Virus record (IMG/VR): IMGVR_UViG_3300044728_000096
Span: 1-41,736 of that record
Length of the DNA stretch: 41,736 nt
Reading direction: 5' to 3' (one strand)
Source of the DNA: a virus
Taxonomy: Duplodnaviria; Caudoviricetes
Part shown: piece after piece, positions 1 to 7,866 of the stretch
How the letters are laid out: every line of letters starts with the position of its first letter
How positions within the stretch are numbered: position 1 is the first letter of the stretch
Notes under the pieces: model-generated
Seen by the model: only the letters and a program-made list of their open reading frames with translations
Database searches by the model: none
Told to the model about the DNA's origin: nothing
Translations under genes and position numbers: made by a program

Positions 1-300
1 TCGCACGTGCAGTGGATGAACTCCACTGTGATGCCCGCTATCGTCTCCATGACTGGTCGTCTCCTTGGAGCTCCTCGCCGGCGCCGATCTGGCGTCAGTC
101 TGACCAATCATACTCTGTTTCCGTGCATAAGGCAAACTCAGCCGTGTGCGCTTACACACGAGCCGAGCACGCCCTACACACGAAACTTCATCGGTGCCGC
201 TTGACTTTACACACGAGCCACCTCCGGGCCAATCCTCCCACGATCCTCCGGAGTCACCCTGCACGTGGGATGTCCGTATGCAGCATCGTGGGCGGATTGG

Positions 301-328
301 CCTAGGATTGCGGCTCCGTTGGCCCTAG
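301..328 (-). promoter_or_regulatory. Dispersed CTAGG-flanked element (CCTAGGATTGCGGCTCCGTTGGCCCTAG)
   Basis: Core CTCCGTTGGC recurs 10 times in the same orientation. Confidence 0.75.
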
Positions 329-354
329 ATGGTGTCGCGTCTGTCCCGCTCGGG

Positions 355-669
355 TCAGCCCTCCTCCATGTCTGCGCGGCTGATCGGTGCCAGCCACGCA
401 TCGCCGCCGTCACTCGCCGGCGTCCACTGCTCGCTGTCGTGGCTGAAGCCATAGCCGTCCTCAGTCACCCGGATGCCGATGGGCTCGCTGCCCTCACCGA
501 GCTCGATGTTGATGGCGATGGCCCGGTTGCCCGGACCCACGATGTTGATTTGGTCCAGCCGGCTGCCCTCCTCGCGCTCTGCGATGGTGGCCACCGGCTC
601 GTGGCTGCTGAAGATGCCGCCGGCCGGGTTGACCCGATCCACGTACACCGTCCACTCTCTGGTCGTCAC
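355..669 (-). CDS. Hypothetical early protein (allele A)
   Basis: 104 aa ORF with GGAG RBS; near-identical copy at 41357-41671 differs mostly by conservative or silent changes. Confidence 0.8.
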   Translation of the reverse strand: MTTREWTVYVDRVNPAGGIFSSHEPVATIAEREEGSRLDQINIVGPGNRAIAINIELGEGSEPIGIRVTEDGYGFSHDSEQWTPASDGGDAWLAPISRADMEEG

Positions 670-926
670 TCCTGTGTCTCCTCTGTGATCCCGAGCTCCT
701 CAAGCATGAGCTCGATTCGTGCGGGCACCGCGTGGCAGCCGCACTCGTTGTCGGAACAGCTCCCGGACTCCCCGCGAGCGTCCTCAAGCTGATCACGGAG
801 CAGCCTGATCGCGCCCTTGCGGGTGGTCCACAGCGGGAGGCGCTGTGCCCCCCGCTCATCAAAGTGCTGGTCATAGGTGATGAGGTCCGCCAGTGGCGGA
901 TACTGCTCGTCAGACAACGCCCTCAC
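666..926 (-). CDS. Hypothetical protein
   Basis: Coupled start/stop overlap with downstream gene; GGAGG RBS. Confidence 0.65.
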   Translation of the reverse strand: MRALSDEQYPPLADLITYDQHFDERGAQRLPLWTTRKGAIRLLRDQLEDARGESGSCSDNECGCHAVPARIELMLEELGITEETQE

Positions 927-1227
927 CTCCCAGCAGCCGTGCTGGCATGTGGCCCCGCCGGATGTCCTCCTTGGTGGCCGTGCGGTGCTTGGGTGGCCAC
1001 ATCGCCAGCGTCATCTCCAGTGAGAGTTGAGGCTGTGGGAGGTGGCTGAGCATCCCGGCCGGCAGTGGGAGCTGCGACAGCTCCCACACCGGCTCGCTGG
1101 CGAGCTCCGTGCTGTGGTACCAACACAGGTACAGCCAGTCACGGGCTGCGTCAATCCGGGAGCAGATGCGAGTGGCTGCCTCCGGGCAGCCCCTGCGCTC
1201 GCACCTGAACGTGAGCCCCATCGGCAT
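910..1227 (-). CDS. Hypothetical Cys/His protein
   Basis: Coupled to upstream stop (TGATG); Cx4C...CxxH pattern. Confidence 0.55.
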   Translation of the reverse strand: MPMGLTFRCERRGCPEAATRICSRIDAARDWLYLCWYHSTELASEPVWELSQLPLPAGMLSHLPQPQLSLEMTLAMWPPKHRTATKEDIRRGHMPARLLGGEGVV

Positions 1228-1823
1228 CAGCTCACCTCCGCCTCACTGAGCACCGTCTCGGCCTCAGTGATCAGCTCGTCCCAGAGCCGTGCCTTGTCCT
1301 CGCCGCACGCCTCGCACGTGTCAGCATCGTGGTCCTCATCGCCGGCGTCCTCACACTCCGTGAAGTCTGCCGGGTCAGCGCTGGGCTGGAAGCTCTCAAG
1401 CTCGTCTGCTGCGGACTCCAGCGTGTCAGCACGCTCCTCGCTGACGGTGCTCCCGGAGCCGCCGCCACCGATGTAGCTGTCGGCCTCACGGTACTCGTCA
1501 GCCACGGTGCGCACCTCCTCCGCCACGGTGGTGACGATGGAGGTGACGGTGTCCTGCTCGCCCACGTCCGCACTGCGGAGCCCGGCGAGCTCGTCCTCAG
1601 CCGCCTCCATGGCGGCGTACACGGAGCTCAGCTTGGAGCTCTCACGCTCGCTGGGCCGTGGGGTGCACTCAATCTTCATGCACCGCTTCTGCACGTAGCT
1701 GGACCTGAAGCCCACGCTGAAGTGCCGGTATGGGGAGCCCGCCGGGAGTGGTGTGCCGCACTTGCCGCACTTGCCCTGATCCTTGCGTGCCTTGTTGACG
1801 GTGTGTAGCCGTGCTACACTCAT
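1227..1823 (-). CDS. Hypothetical protein, N-terminal Zn ribbon plus acidic coiled coil
   Basis: CGKC...C..C motif; GAGGAGACGACC RBS. Confidence 0.8.
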   Translation of the reverse strand: MSVARLHTVNKARKDQGKCGKCGTPLPAGSPYRHFSVGFRSSYVQKRCMKIECTPRPSERESSKLSSVYAAMEAAEDELAGLRSADVGEQDTVTSIVTTVAEEVRTVADEYREADSYIGGGGSGSTVSEERADTLESAADELESFQPSADPADFTECEDAGDEDHDADTCEACGEDKARLWDELITEAETVLSEAEVS

Positions 1824-1835
1824 GGTCGTCTCCTC

Positions 1836-2159
1836 TCAGATGGTGGCCCAGATGCGCAACTCGCGCCATCCGGATAGCTTGCGGTCTGTGCCCAGCGCAG
1901 CGTAGCGGTGGGCTGACCCGATCCGGCCACGAGGTGTGGCCGTGAAGTACACATAGATGTAGGTGCTGGCCAGCGTGCCGGTGTCCCGGCGGGCCCACAC
2001 GTGGAACATCGGGGTGGTCGTCCAGTCCGCTTGTGCTCGCTCAACGGTGATGGTGTCCCACCGTCCCGTCTCCTCCAGCATGCGGATCAGTCCCCGTAGC
2101 TTGCGGTGTAGCCGGCCACGGTGGCCGGTCACTTTGATTGTCGTGGTGCGCTCAGTCAC
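1836..2159 (-). CDS. Hypothetical protein
   Basis: ORF coupled via GTGA overlap, RBS GAGGAGG. Confidence 0.7.
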   Translation of the reverse strand: MTERTTTIKVTGHRGRLHRKLRGLIRMLEETGRWDTITVERAQADWTTTPMFHVWARRDTGTLASTYIYVYFTATPRGRIGSAHRYAALGTDRKLSGWRELRIWATI

Positions 2160-2455
2160 GCAACCTCCTCGCCGGCGAGCATACAGCTCGCGTGGACCAG
2201 CCCGTCAGCGACCTCTGCGCGGTCCTGCGGGGTTGTGAACTCCCCGCAGCGGGCGCACTGGTCGTCAATCTCATCGTGGCGGTGGTCAGCGAACATCGCT
2301 GTGTCCCGGCACCAGCAGGCTGATGCCGCCATCGGGTGGTGATTGCTAGGCAGGTGGCTCCGGTGCCACCGCTGGCCGGTGGGGAGCTCCTGCCCGTCCG
2401 GGTCCATGTCCCGGATCAGCCCGCCGCACTGCGGGCAGTGGTCAAAGTCAGTCAT
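2156..2455 (-). CDS. Small Zn-finger protein
   Basis: CPQC, CWC, CARC...HASC motifs; conserved RBS motif. Confidence 0.7.
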   Translation of the reverse strand: MTDFDHCPQCGGLIRDMDPDGQELPTGQRWHRSHLPSNHHPMAASACWCRDTAMFADHRHDEIDDQCARCGEFTTPQDRAEVADGLVHASCMLAGEEVA

Positions 2456-2487
2456 GGTCGTGTGGTCGTCTCCTGTTCGGTCGTGTG

Positions 2488-2910
2488 CTAGCTGTAGGTG
2501 GTGATCTTGCGGATCACGTTGGTGAGCAGCGCCGCACGCTCCACCGGGCTGGCCATCATGTAGGCGTCCCGGATCGGCCCCAGCGCCTCCACCAGCGGAT
2601 CGTGCTTGGTGGCGTGCTTGCGTGCCTCGTTGGCCCCGTTGGCAGCGGCGTCCAGCGCCGCGTGCCGCTCCACCACCTCGCCGGTGGTGCGATCCCCGGT
2701 GTAGGTGGCGTTGCCCACCCGGCGGGTGCCGTCCGGGTTGACGGTCATCTCCACCAGCAGGGTGGCTCCCACGGTGGCCGGGAGCAGAGCCCGCTTGAAG
2801 TGGAGCTCCTCGCCCTCGTGCATGTACACGTAGGTGAGCCCCGTCCCGTCCCGCCGGGTGCGCCGGCCGGCGTAGGTGATGCGTTCAGTGGTGGTCGTCT
2901 CGGTGGTCAT
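2488..2910 (-). CDS. Hypothetical protein
   Basis: Start moved to ATG 2910 behind GAGGAG RBS. Confidence 0.75.
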   Translation of the reverse strand: MTTETTTTERITYAGRRTRRDGTGLTYVYMHEGEELHFKRALLPATVGATLLVEMTVNPDGTRRVGNATYTGDRTTGEVVERHAALDAAANGANEARKHATKHDPLVEALGPIRDAYMMASPVERAALLTNVIRKITTYS

Positions 2911-2917
2911 GTTCTCC

Positions 2918-3313
2918 TCAGTCGCCAATGTGGTAGACAACGTCCACCTCAACGGTGAACGGATCGTCAGTGTGTCGCACGGCCGGCGTGGAGTAGCCTC
3001 CAACGCTCCAGCCGGTCAGGCTGGTCGCCCAGCGGGTGTACAGCGCCTTGCGGATCAGCTCCGCTCCGGCCCTGTCGGTGATCGGCACGTTGACCGGCAC
3101 CCTGTAGGTGGTGGTGTCATACCACGCACTGCGGACCATCTCACCGATCCGCTCGCGCTGCCCCCAGTGGAGCAGCGCCCGGCCATCCTCGTCCAGCGAG
3201 CCGGCGCCGGTGTCCCAGCCCTCCTCGCGCCTGATCTCAGCCTCGCTGGCCGGAGCGTCGTGCCGCTCCTGCTCAATCAGCCAATCCTCGTGTTCCTGTG
3301 TGCCGTAAGTCAC
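2918..3313 (-). CDS. Hypothetical protein
   Basis: GTG start overlapping upstream stop, RBS AAGGAGG. Confidence 0.7.
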   Translation of the reverse strand: MTYGTQEHEDWLIEQERHDAPASEAEIRREEGWDTGAGSLDEDGRALLHWGQRERIGEMVRSAWYDTTTYRVPVNVPITDRAGAELIRKALYTRWATSLTGWSVGGYSTPAVRHTDDPFTVEVDVVYHIGD

Positions 3314-3573
3314 TTGGTCGCCTCCTTGACATCGCAGCCGGCGTACTCGCAGGACCAAGCGTGGGTGCCGTACCGCTTGTGGAAGTCTGCCGTGGTCATG
3401 TCGCCGTCAGCCACTGCGTTCTCATCGCCGGCCTTGTCGAAGCAGTCCACGCAGATGTAGCCATCGCCGTTGTGGGTGGCGATGTTCGCCATCTGGCGGG
3501 TCCGGCCGCAGACAACGCAGCGTCCGGTGCCGGGGTTGTGTCCGGCGGTGAACTTGCCGGTGTGTCGTGTCAT
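3310..3573 (-). CDS. Small Zn-finger protein, first gene of left early operon
   Basis: CVVC...CVDC motifs; AAGGAGACGACC RBS. Confidence 0.75.
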   Translation of the reverse strand: MTRHTGKFTAGHNPGTGRCVVCGRTRQMANIATHNGDGYICVDCFDKAGDENAVADGDMTTADFHKRYGTHAWSCEYAGCDVKEATK

Positions 3574-3611
3574 TGGTGGTCGTCTCCTTGTGTCGTTGTG
3601 GTGGCTCTTGA

Positions 3612-3789
3612 TCGTGAGCCCGCCGGAGGTGCCGACAGCTCAGGTACGGGGGCAGCGGTGATCCCTGTAAGCCCCCGTGTGGGCTCTGACTGGCCGGCTC
3701 TTCACCGGGCGCAATCGGCTCAGCGGATCACCGCTGTTGGTCCCCTATGTCTGTCGGACACACCTCCGGCGGAGCTCACGAGCTCCGCC
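3612..3789 (-). ncRNA. Putative structured RNA (long rod ending in a three-way junction)
   Basis: Nested complementary arms read by eye: 3612-3638 with 3751-3781, and 3653-3664 with 3725-3736; lies downstream of promoter 3975-4004. Confidence 0.6.
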
Positions 3790-3974
3790 TTGTCTGTGTC
3801 GTGTTGTTTGTGGCCGCTTGGACTGGCTCGGTGTGGTGCTGGCTGTACGGTGGCTCTGGTGACTCCCGTGTCTCCCGAGCTGGGTTGACCCCTAACCGCC
3901 TTGGCGTCCATCCGTGACCCCTTGGTCTGGCTCCATCCGGCTTGTCCCTCGTGTGGGCCGCCAGTGGCGTGCCA

Positions 3975-4004
3975 AGCGTAAGTCCGCTAGCGGGCGCAAG
4001 TCAA
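3975..4004 (-). promoter_or_regulatory. Sigma70-type promoter TTGACT-N18-TACGCT with palindromic spacer
   Basis: Consensus-like hexamers; spacer similar to promoters at 38930 and 40807. Confidence 0.65.
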
Positions 4005-4189
4005 GCCCGCCCTCGTGTGGGACCATCCACACGGCGCGTGTGTAGGATTCAGCCGGGACAAACATTTCCAAACCTTATCCTTTGCCCAGGATGGGACTGG
4101 AGCTGATCAGGAGACAGCGAGCCGGTCTGATCCGCCCGCGACCCATGCATGGGCCACGATCCTGCCGGGCAGAGCTCGGGGGCAGCCGG

Positions 4190-4230
4190 GTCCGCTAGGC
4201 GACGGGCTGGCCGTCCGCTAGGCGACGGGC
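4190..4230. repeat. Tandem 18-bp direct repeat GTCCGCTAGGCGACGGGC x2
   Basis: Copies at 4190-4207 and 4213-4230. Confidence 0.85.
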
Positions 4231-4489
4231 GCCGGGTCCGGCCGGCGTCCCCGGATGGGCTCCGGATCGCCGGCCGGCGGGGGCATCCCGGCGGGTCAGT
4301 TTCGGGGTCAGATTGTTAGCTGAGCTAACCATTTCGGCTACACACGAATCGGGGCGATCGCCGGCGGGTCAATCGCTGCGTTTCGGATAACAGAACGTTT
4401 CCATCTGTTTATAATCGGACACCGATCCGTGTGTAAAACAACGGAACGGTACCAGACCATGGTATGACACAACTCCCAGTGTCGAAGTG

Positions 4490-4517
4490 GCTAGGATTTG
4501 CTCTCCGTTGGCCCTAG
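4490..4517 (-). promoter_or_regulatory. Dispersed CTAGG-flanked element
   Basis: CTAGGATTTGCTCTCCGTTGGCCCTAG. Confidence 0.75.
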
Positions 4518-4585
4518 GGTGGTGTATTCATAACTGGTCCGATTTGAGGGTGTCCCGGCGGGTCAGTTTCGGCCCGTTTCGGGGT

Positions 4586-4617
4586 GCCGGCGGAGCCCTC
4601 CGACAGACTCCGCCGGC
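4586..4617 (-). terminator. GC-rich hairpin after the last late gene
   Basis: GCCGGCGGAG...CTCCGCCGGC 10-bp stem just past the stop at 4634; no U-tract. Confidence 0.5.
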
Positions 4618-4633
4618 GTGTGTAGCGTCCGGC

Positions 4634-5470
4634 TCAGTCCCGCCGCCGGCGAGCCGCCGCGTTGAACACGAGCAGGGTGCCCAGCAAGGCCAGCGCGAGC
4701 CCGGCGTACAACGCCACTCCCTGCACGACAGGCATCCCGGTGTCCGGGACCAACGGTGTGGGAGCTCCCGGCTGCTCAGTTGGGATCGCCGGCGGTGGAC
4801 TCACAGCGGCCGGGTTGCACTCCGGACAGTTGACCGTGCCCTCCGCCAACACCTCCGTGTCGGCCGGGTTGCTGATGGACCAGTCGTGGACTCCCACAGA
4901 CACGGTGACGTCAGCCGCCTGTGCGTCTGCGACCGCACGCAGCGTGACGAGCTCGCCGTCAATGCGCACGTTGAGGAGCAGGAGCACCAACAGCGGATGG
5001 CGGAACCGGATCAGCGACTGTCCTGTGGCCACCGGCTCATCCGTCACCGGGCAAACCTCCACGCTGAACTGACCTGCCACCGGCGGAGTGCCTGTAGGCG
5101 TGGCCGTAGGCGTGGGCGTAGGTGATGCCGTGGGTGTAGGGCTGGGCGACGGGGTTGGCGTGGGCGTAGGCGTGGGCGGCAGCACCTCTGGGCAATCCGC
5201 CGCCGGCTCCTCCTGCCCCACGTCAGCCTCCAGCACGAGGCTGCGGCCCTGACTGTCGGCAAAGATGGCGCCGGCCACCACCGGGCTGATGCTGATGGCG
5301 GACTCACTGACGCTGATCGGATTGTCCCCGGTCTGGAGCACCTCGTCCACTCCGGGCGTGCCCGTGTACTTACACACGAACCACTTGGCGTTGTCTGTGG
5401 CCGATACCGGCATCACGGCCAGCATGATGAGCAGCACGCCGGCTGCGATGATTGCGATGCCCCGTCTCAT
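4634..5470 (-). CDS. Secreted, sortase-type cell-wall-anchored surface protein
   Basis: Signal peptide (MRRGIAIIAAGVLLIMLAVMPVSA), PT linkers, C-terminal VPDTG + hydrophobic helix + RRRRD; start at ATG 5470 behind GGAGG. Confidence 0.75.
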   Translation of the reverse strand: MRRGIAIIAAGVLLIMLAVMPVSATDNAKWFVCKYTGTPGVDEVLQTGDNPISVSESAISISPVVAGAIFADSQGRSLVLEADVGQEEPAADCPEVLPPTPTPTPTPSPSPTPTASPTPTPTATPTGTPPVAGQFSVEVCPVTDEPVATGQSLIRFRHPLLVLLLLNVRIDGELVTLRAVADAQAADVTVSVGVHDWSISNPADTEVLAEGTVNCPECNPAAVSPPPAIPTEQPGAPTPLVPDTGMPVVQGVALYAGLALALLGTLLVFNAAARRRRD

Positions 5471-5484
5471 GTGTGTCCTCCCTG

Positions 5485-6294
5485 TTATGCGTACAGCCCC
5501 TGCATGACGTACAGGTAGCGGTTGAATCCCCACAGCTTGCCCCACGTCCCGTCATCGTTGGTGACGGTGCCCCGGAGCTGGAACCCCGTGCCCTCCTTGC
5601 CCACCTTGGTCCCGTTCAGTGCATAGATGCCGTCAGCTCGGGACACATAGGCGATGTTGGTGGAGCCCACGTCAAGGTCCGGTGTGGACCGGATGTTCAC
5701 GCCCGGCTTGATCTTCACGATCTTGTACGTGGGCGGCTTGACCAGCGGCTGGATCGCCGGGTTGGTGGCGTACTTGCCTCCGGGCAGGAAGTGCTGTGGG
5801 TTGCGGATCAGCGGCCGGGTCACGCCGTCGCTGCCCTTGCTGTTGATGGCCAGCACGAGGTGGAGGTGAACACCGTACGTGCTCTTGACACGGGTGCCGT
5901 CAGGCTGGAGGATCGTGCCAGACTCGCCAATGGTGGCGATCTTCTGCCCTCGCGCCACCTTGGCCCCCACGCCCACCAGCCGGCTGTTGCAGTGGTTGTA
6001 GCTGTACCGGGTGCCCGGCCTGATCTCAACCTCCACCACGTGCCCGCCACCGTTGTTGGAATCGTACGTGGACCGCACCACGGTCCCCGCCTCCATCGCC
6101 AGCAGGGGTGTGCCCTTGGGCTTGCCAGCGTAGTCCATCCCGGCGTGCACGTTCTGGTGGTAGCTGGCGCCGGGATACTTCTGCCACCACGCGTGATCGT
6201 AGCCCACGTGGTACATGCTCGGCTGGATCGCCATGCTGCCGGGCCCAAACTTCTGTGTGATCGTCCCGCCGGTCAGCGGGATCAACAGCGCCAT
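5485..6294 (-). CDS. Endolysin, M23 peptidase with probable C-terminal SH3-like binding domain
   Basis: HAGMD (HxxxD), YNHC and STYGVHLHL (HxH) motifs; VNIRSTP in C-terminal domain. Confidence 0.88.
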   Translation of the reverse strand: MALLIPLTGGTITQKFGPGSMAIQPSMYHVGYDHAWWQKYPGASYHQNVHAGMDYAGKPKGTPLLAMEAGTVVRSTYDSNNGGGHVVEVEIRPGTRYSYNHCNSRLVGVGAKVARGQKIATIGESGTILQPDGTRVKSTYGVHLHLVLAINSKGSDGVTRPLIRNPQHFLPGGKYATNPAIQPLVKPPTYKIVKIKPGVNIRSTPDLDVGSTNIAYVSRADGIYALNGTKVGKEGTGFQLRGTVTNDDGTWGKLWGFNRYLYVMQGLYA

Positions 6295-6351
6295 GGATCG
6301 CCTCCTCTCGGGTGAGCGCACAGTGTAGCCGGGAGCTCTGCCCGGCAGCTA

Positions 6352-6843
6352 TCAGGGATGGGGTGGATGTGTCGGCTTGGGGCTCTTGGACGGCTTGGGC
6401 TCACCGGGGCACTGGTCCGGGTTGCCCGGCGAGCCCGCACACGGCGTGGGAGCCGGTGTGGGCGCCGGCGTGGGAGCCGGTGTGGGCGCCGGCGTGGGAG
6501 CTGGCGAGCTCTGCGGCCTAGGCGTGGCCGTAGGCACAGGCTCCGGTGCCGGGGTGACCACGGACACAGCCGCCGGTGGCAACGTGTCAGGAACAGCAGC
6601 GGGCGTGGCCGTAGGTGATGGAGCAGGGGTCAGGCTCGGGGTTGGCTCCGGTGTGAACAGCTCGATGAACGGCGTGGGCGTGGGCGACGATGTAGCCGCC
6701 GGCGTCTGTGTAATCGTGTGGGCCGGGCTCGAGCTCGGCACAGAGCTCGCCGGCTCCGGACCCATCGTGCTGATGGCGATGCTGCCGAGCTGGGCCGCAA
6801 GGCTGACGGCCGCTACACCGATGATCACGCGCCGCAGGATCAC
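6352..6843 (-). CDS. Membrane-anchored Pro/Thr-rich protein (lysis module)
   Basis: N-terminal hydrophobic segment followed by PAPT repeats. Confidence 0.7.
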   Translation of the reverse strand: MILRRVIIGVAAVSLAAQLGSIAISTMGPEPASSVPSSSPAHTITQTPAATSSPTPTPFIELFTPEPTPSLTPAPSPTATPAAVPDTLPPAAVSVVTPAPEPVPTATPRPQSSPAPTPAPTPAPTPAPTPAPTPCAGSPGNPDQCPGEPKPSKSPKPTHPPHP

Positions 6844-7064
6844 TCGTGCACCTTGTCAGCTAGCCGGCGGAGCTCCTCCCAGATGAGCTTGAGCGTCTCC
6901 TCGTGGCCGTGCTGCGCCGCATCACGCTCCTTGCGTACCTCCTCCAGATGACCCTTGGGGACAATGCGCCCGGTCATGAAGCCGATGATGATCAGCACAG
7001 CGACCGTGAGCACCCCGGCCCGGCTCAGAATGTCAAGCAGCTCTGCAAGGGCAGCCGGAGTCAC
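6840..7064 (-). CDS. Holin-like small membrane protein
   Basis: One TM helix plus charged coiled tail, upstream of endolysin. Confidence 0.6.
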   Translation of the reverse strand: MTPAALAELLDILSRAGVLTVAVLIIIGFMTGRIVPKGHLEEVRKERDAAQHGHEETLKLIWEELRRLADKVHE

Positions 7065-7148
7065 CCCGAAACCCCGAGCCCGTAGGATGCGCGTAGACCA
7101 ACGATAGCCGGCTTGGAGTGTCCTAACCCAGCAACCGGGGTGGAAGTG

Positions 7149-7176
7149 CCTAGGATTTGCGCTCCGTTGGCCCTAG
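7149..7176 (-). promoter_or_regulatory. Dispersed CTAGG-flanked element
   Basis: CCTAGGATTTGCGCTCCGTTGGCCCTAG, intergenic between tail and lysis genes. Confidence 0.75.
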
Positions 7177-7215
7177 CTGTACATCCGTCACGCACTCTCG
7201 GTCCCCGATCCGGCA

Positions 7216-7866
7216 TCAGTCCCTCGTGAAGTACCCCAGAGCTCGGATGGTCATGCTCAGTGTGCCAAAGCCAGCGCCGGCGTAGTCATACATGACCGTG
7301 CGCCGATTGGCCCCGTCCGGCACGATCAGCCCGTGCCACGATTGCCACCTGTTGGCGACAGACAGTGGCCCGTATGCGGTGATCCCATAGCCCACTCCTT
7401 GGGTGCTGCCTTGCAAGGTGGCGCGAGCATCGTTGGTGGGCACCGCCGTGCTCTTGAGCAGGATGACGCAGTAGATGGCCTCCACCACGTTAGCAGGCAG
7501 GCCAGTCAGCTCCACATCGGTCGCAACAATGTTGGCCGTGACGGTCGTTGTGGCGTATATCTGGATGAGCGGGTTCAGCGGCACGTAGCGCAGCCTTGGC
7601 GGGTCTGACAGGTTGTATGCCACATAGCGGTCGCCACGAGGATCGGTGACCACCCGCACCCGGTGGCCCACGGCCGGCACCATGCCGGATGGGTAGCTGA
7701 AGCCGGGTGAGGCTACCGGGTTGCCGGACACGTACACGGAACACTTGCCGCCGGCGGCGTCCACGCTGGCCACCACCCCGTATGCGGTCACGGGCTGGGC
7801 CCGCATGAGCTGCTCCACCCGCTCGTCCACCATCTTGACGAGCTCCGCCGCCAGCCGTGGGTCCAT
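7216..7866 (-). CDS. Minor tail / tail-tip protein
   Basis: Follows hub gene; N-terminal OB-like GVVASVD...PAVGHRVRV pattern; beta-rich C-terminus. Confidence 0.65.
   Translation of the reverse strand: MDPRLAAELVKMVDERVEQLMRAQPVTAYGVVASVDAAGGKCSVYVSGNPVASPGFSYPSGMVPAVGHRVRVVTDPRGDRYVAYNLSDPPRLRYVPLNPLIQIYATTTVTANIVATDVELTGLPANVVEAIYCVILLKSTAVPTNDARATLQGSTQGVGYGITAYGPLSVANRWQSWHGLIVPDGANRRTVMYDYAGAGFGTLSMTIRALGYFTRD

Larger units (their letters stand above)
1..734. repeat. Imperfect terminal direct repeat, copy 1 (matches 40979-41736)
   Basis: 1-~112 aligns to 40979-~41092 and 314-734 aligns to 41317-41736; 608-734 is identical to the last 127 nt; 113-313 is unrelated to its counterpart. Confidence 0.95.

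Noticed and set aside
355-669. Diversity-generating retroelement (TR/VR pair with 41357-41671)
   Set aside because: Differences are not adenine-specific, no reverse transcriptase is present, and the repeat is explained by terminal overlap
3660-3725. Hammerhead ribozyme (GTA-stem-CTGAC-stem-GCAA on the plus strand)
   Set aside because: Core deviates from CUGANGA/GAAA and stem III does not pair
3575-4630. tRNA genes or protein-coding ORFs in the long intergenic region
   Set aside because: No cloverleaf or T-loop consensus seen; the short ORFs lack RBS and protein-like composition
6352-7064. Spanin pair
   Set aside because: No lipobox lipoprotein; other features point to a monoderm host
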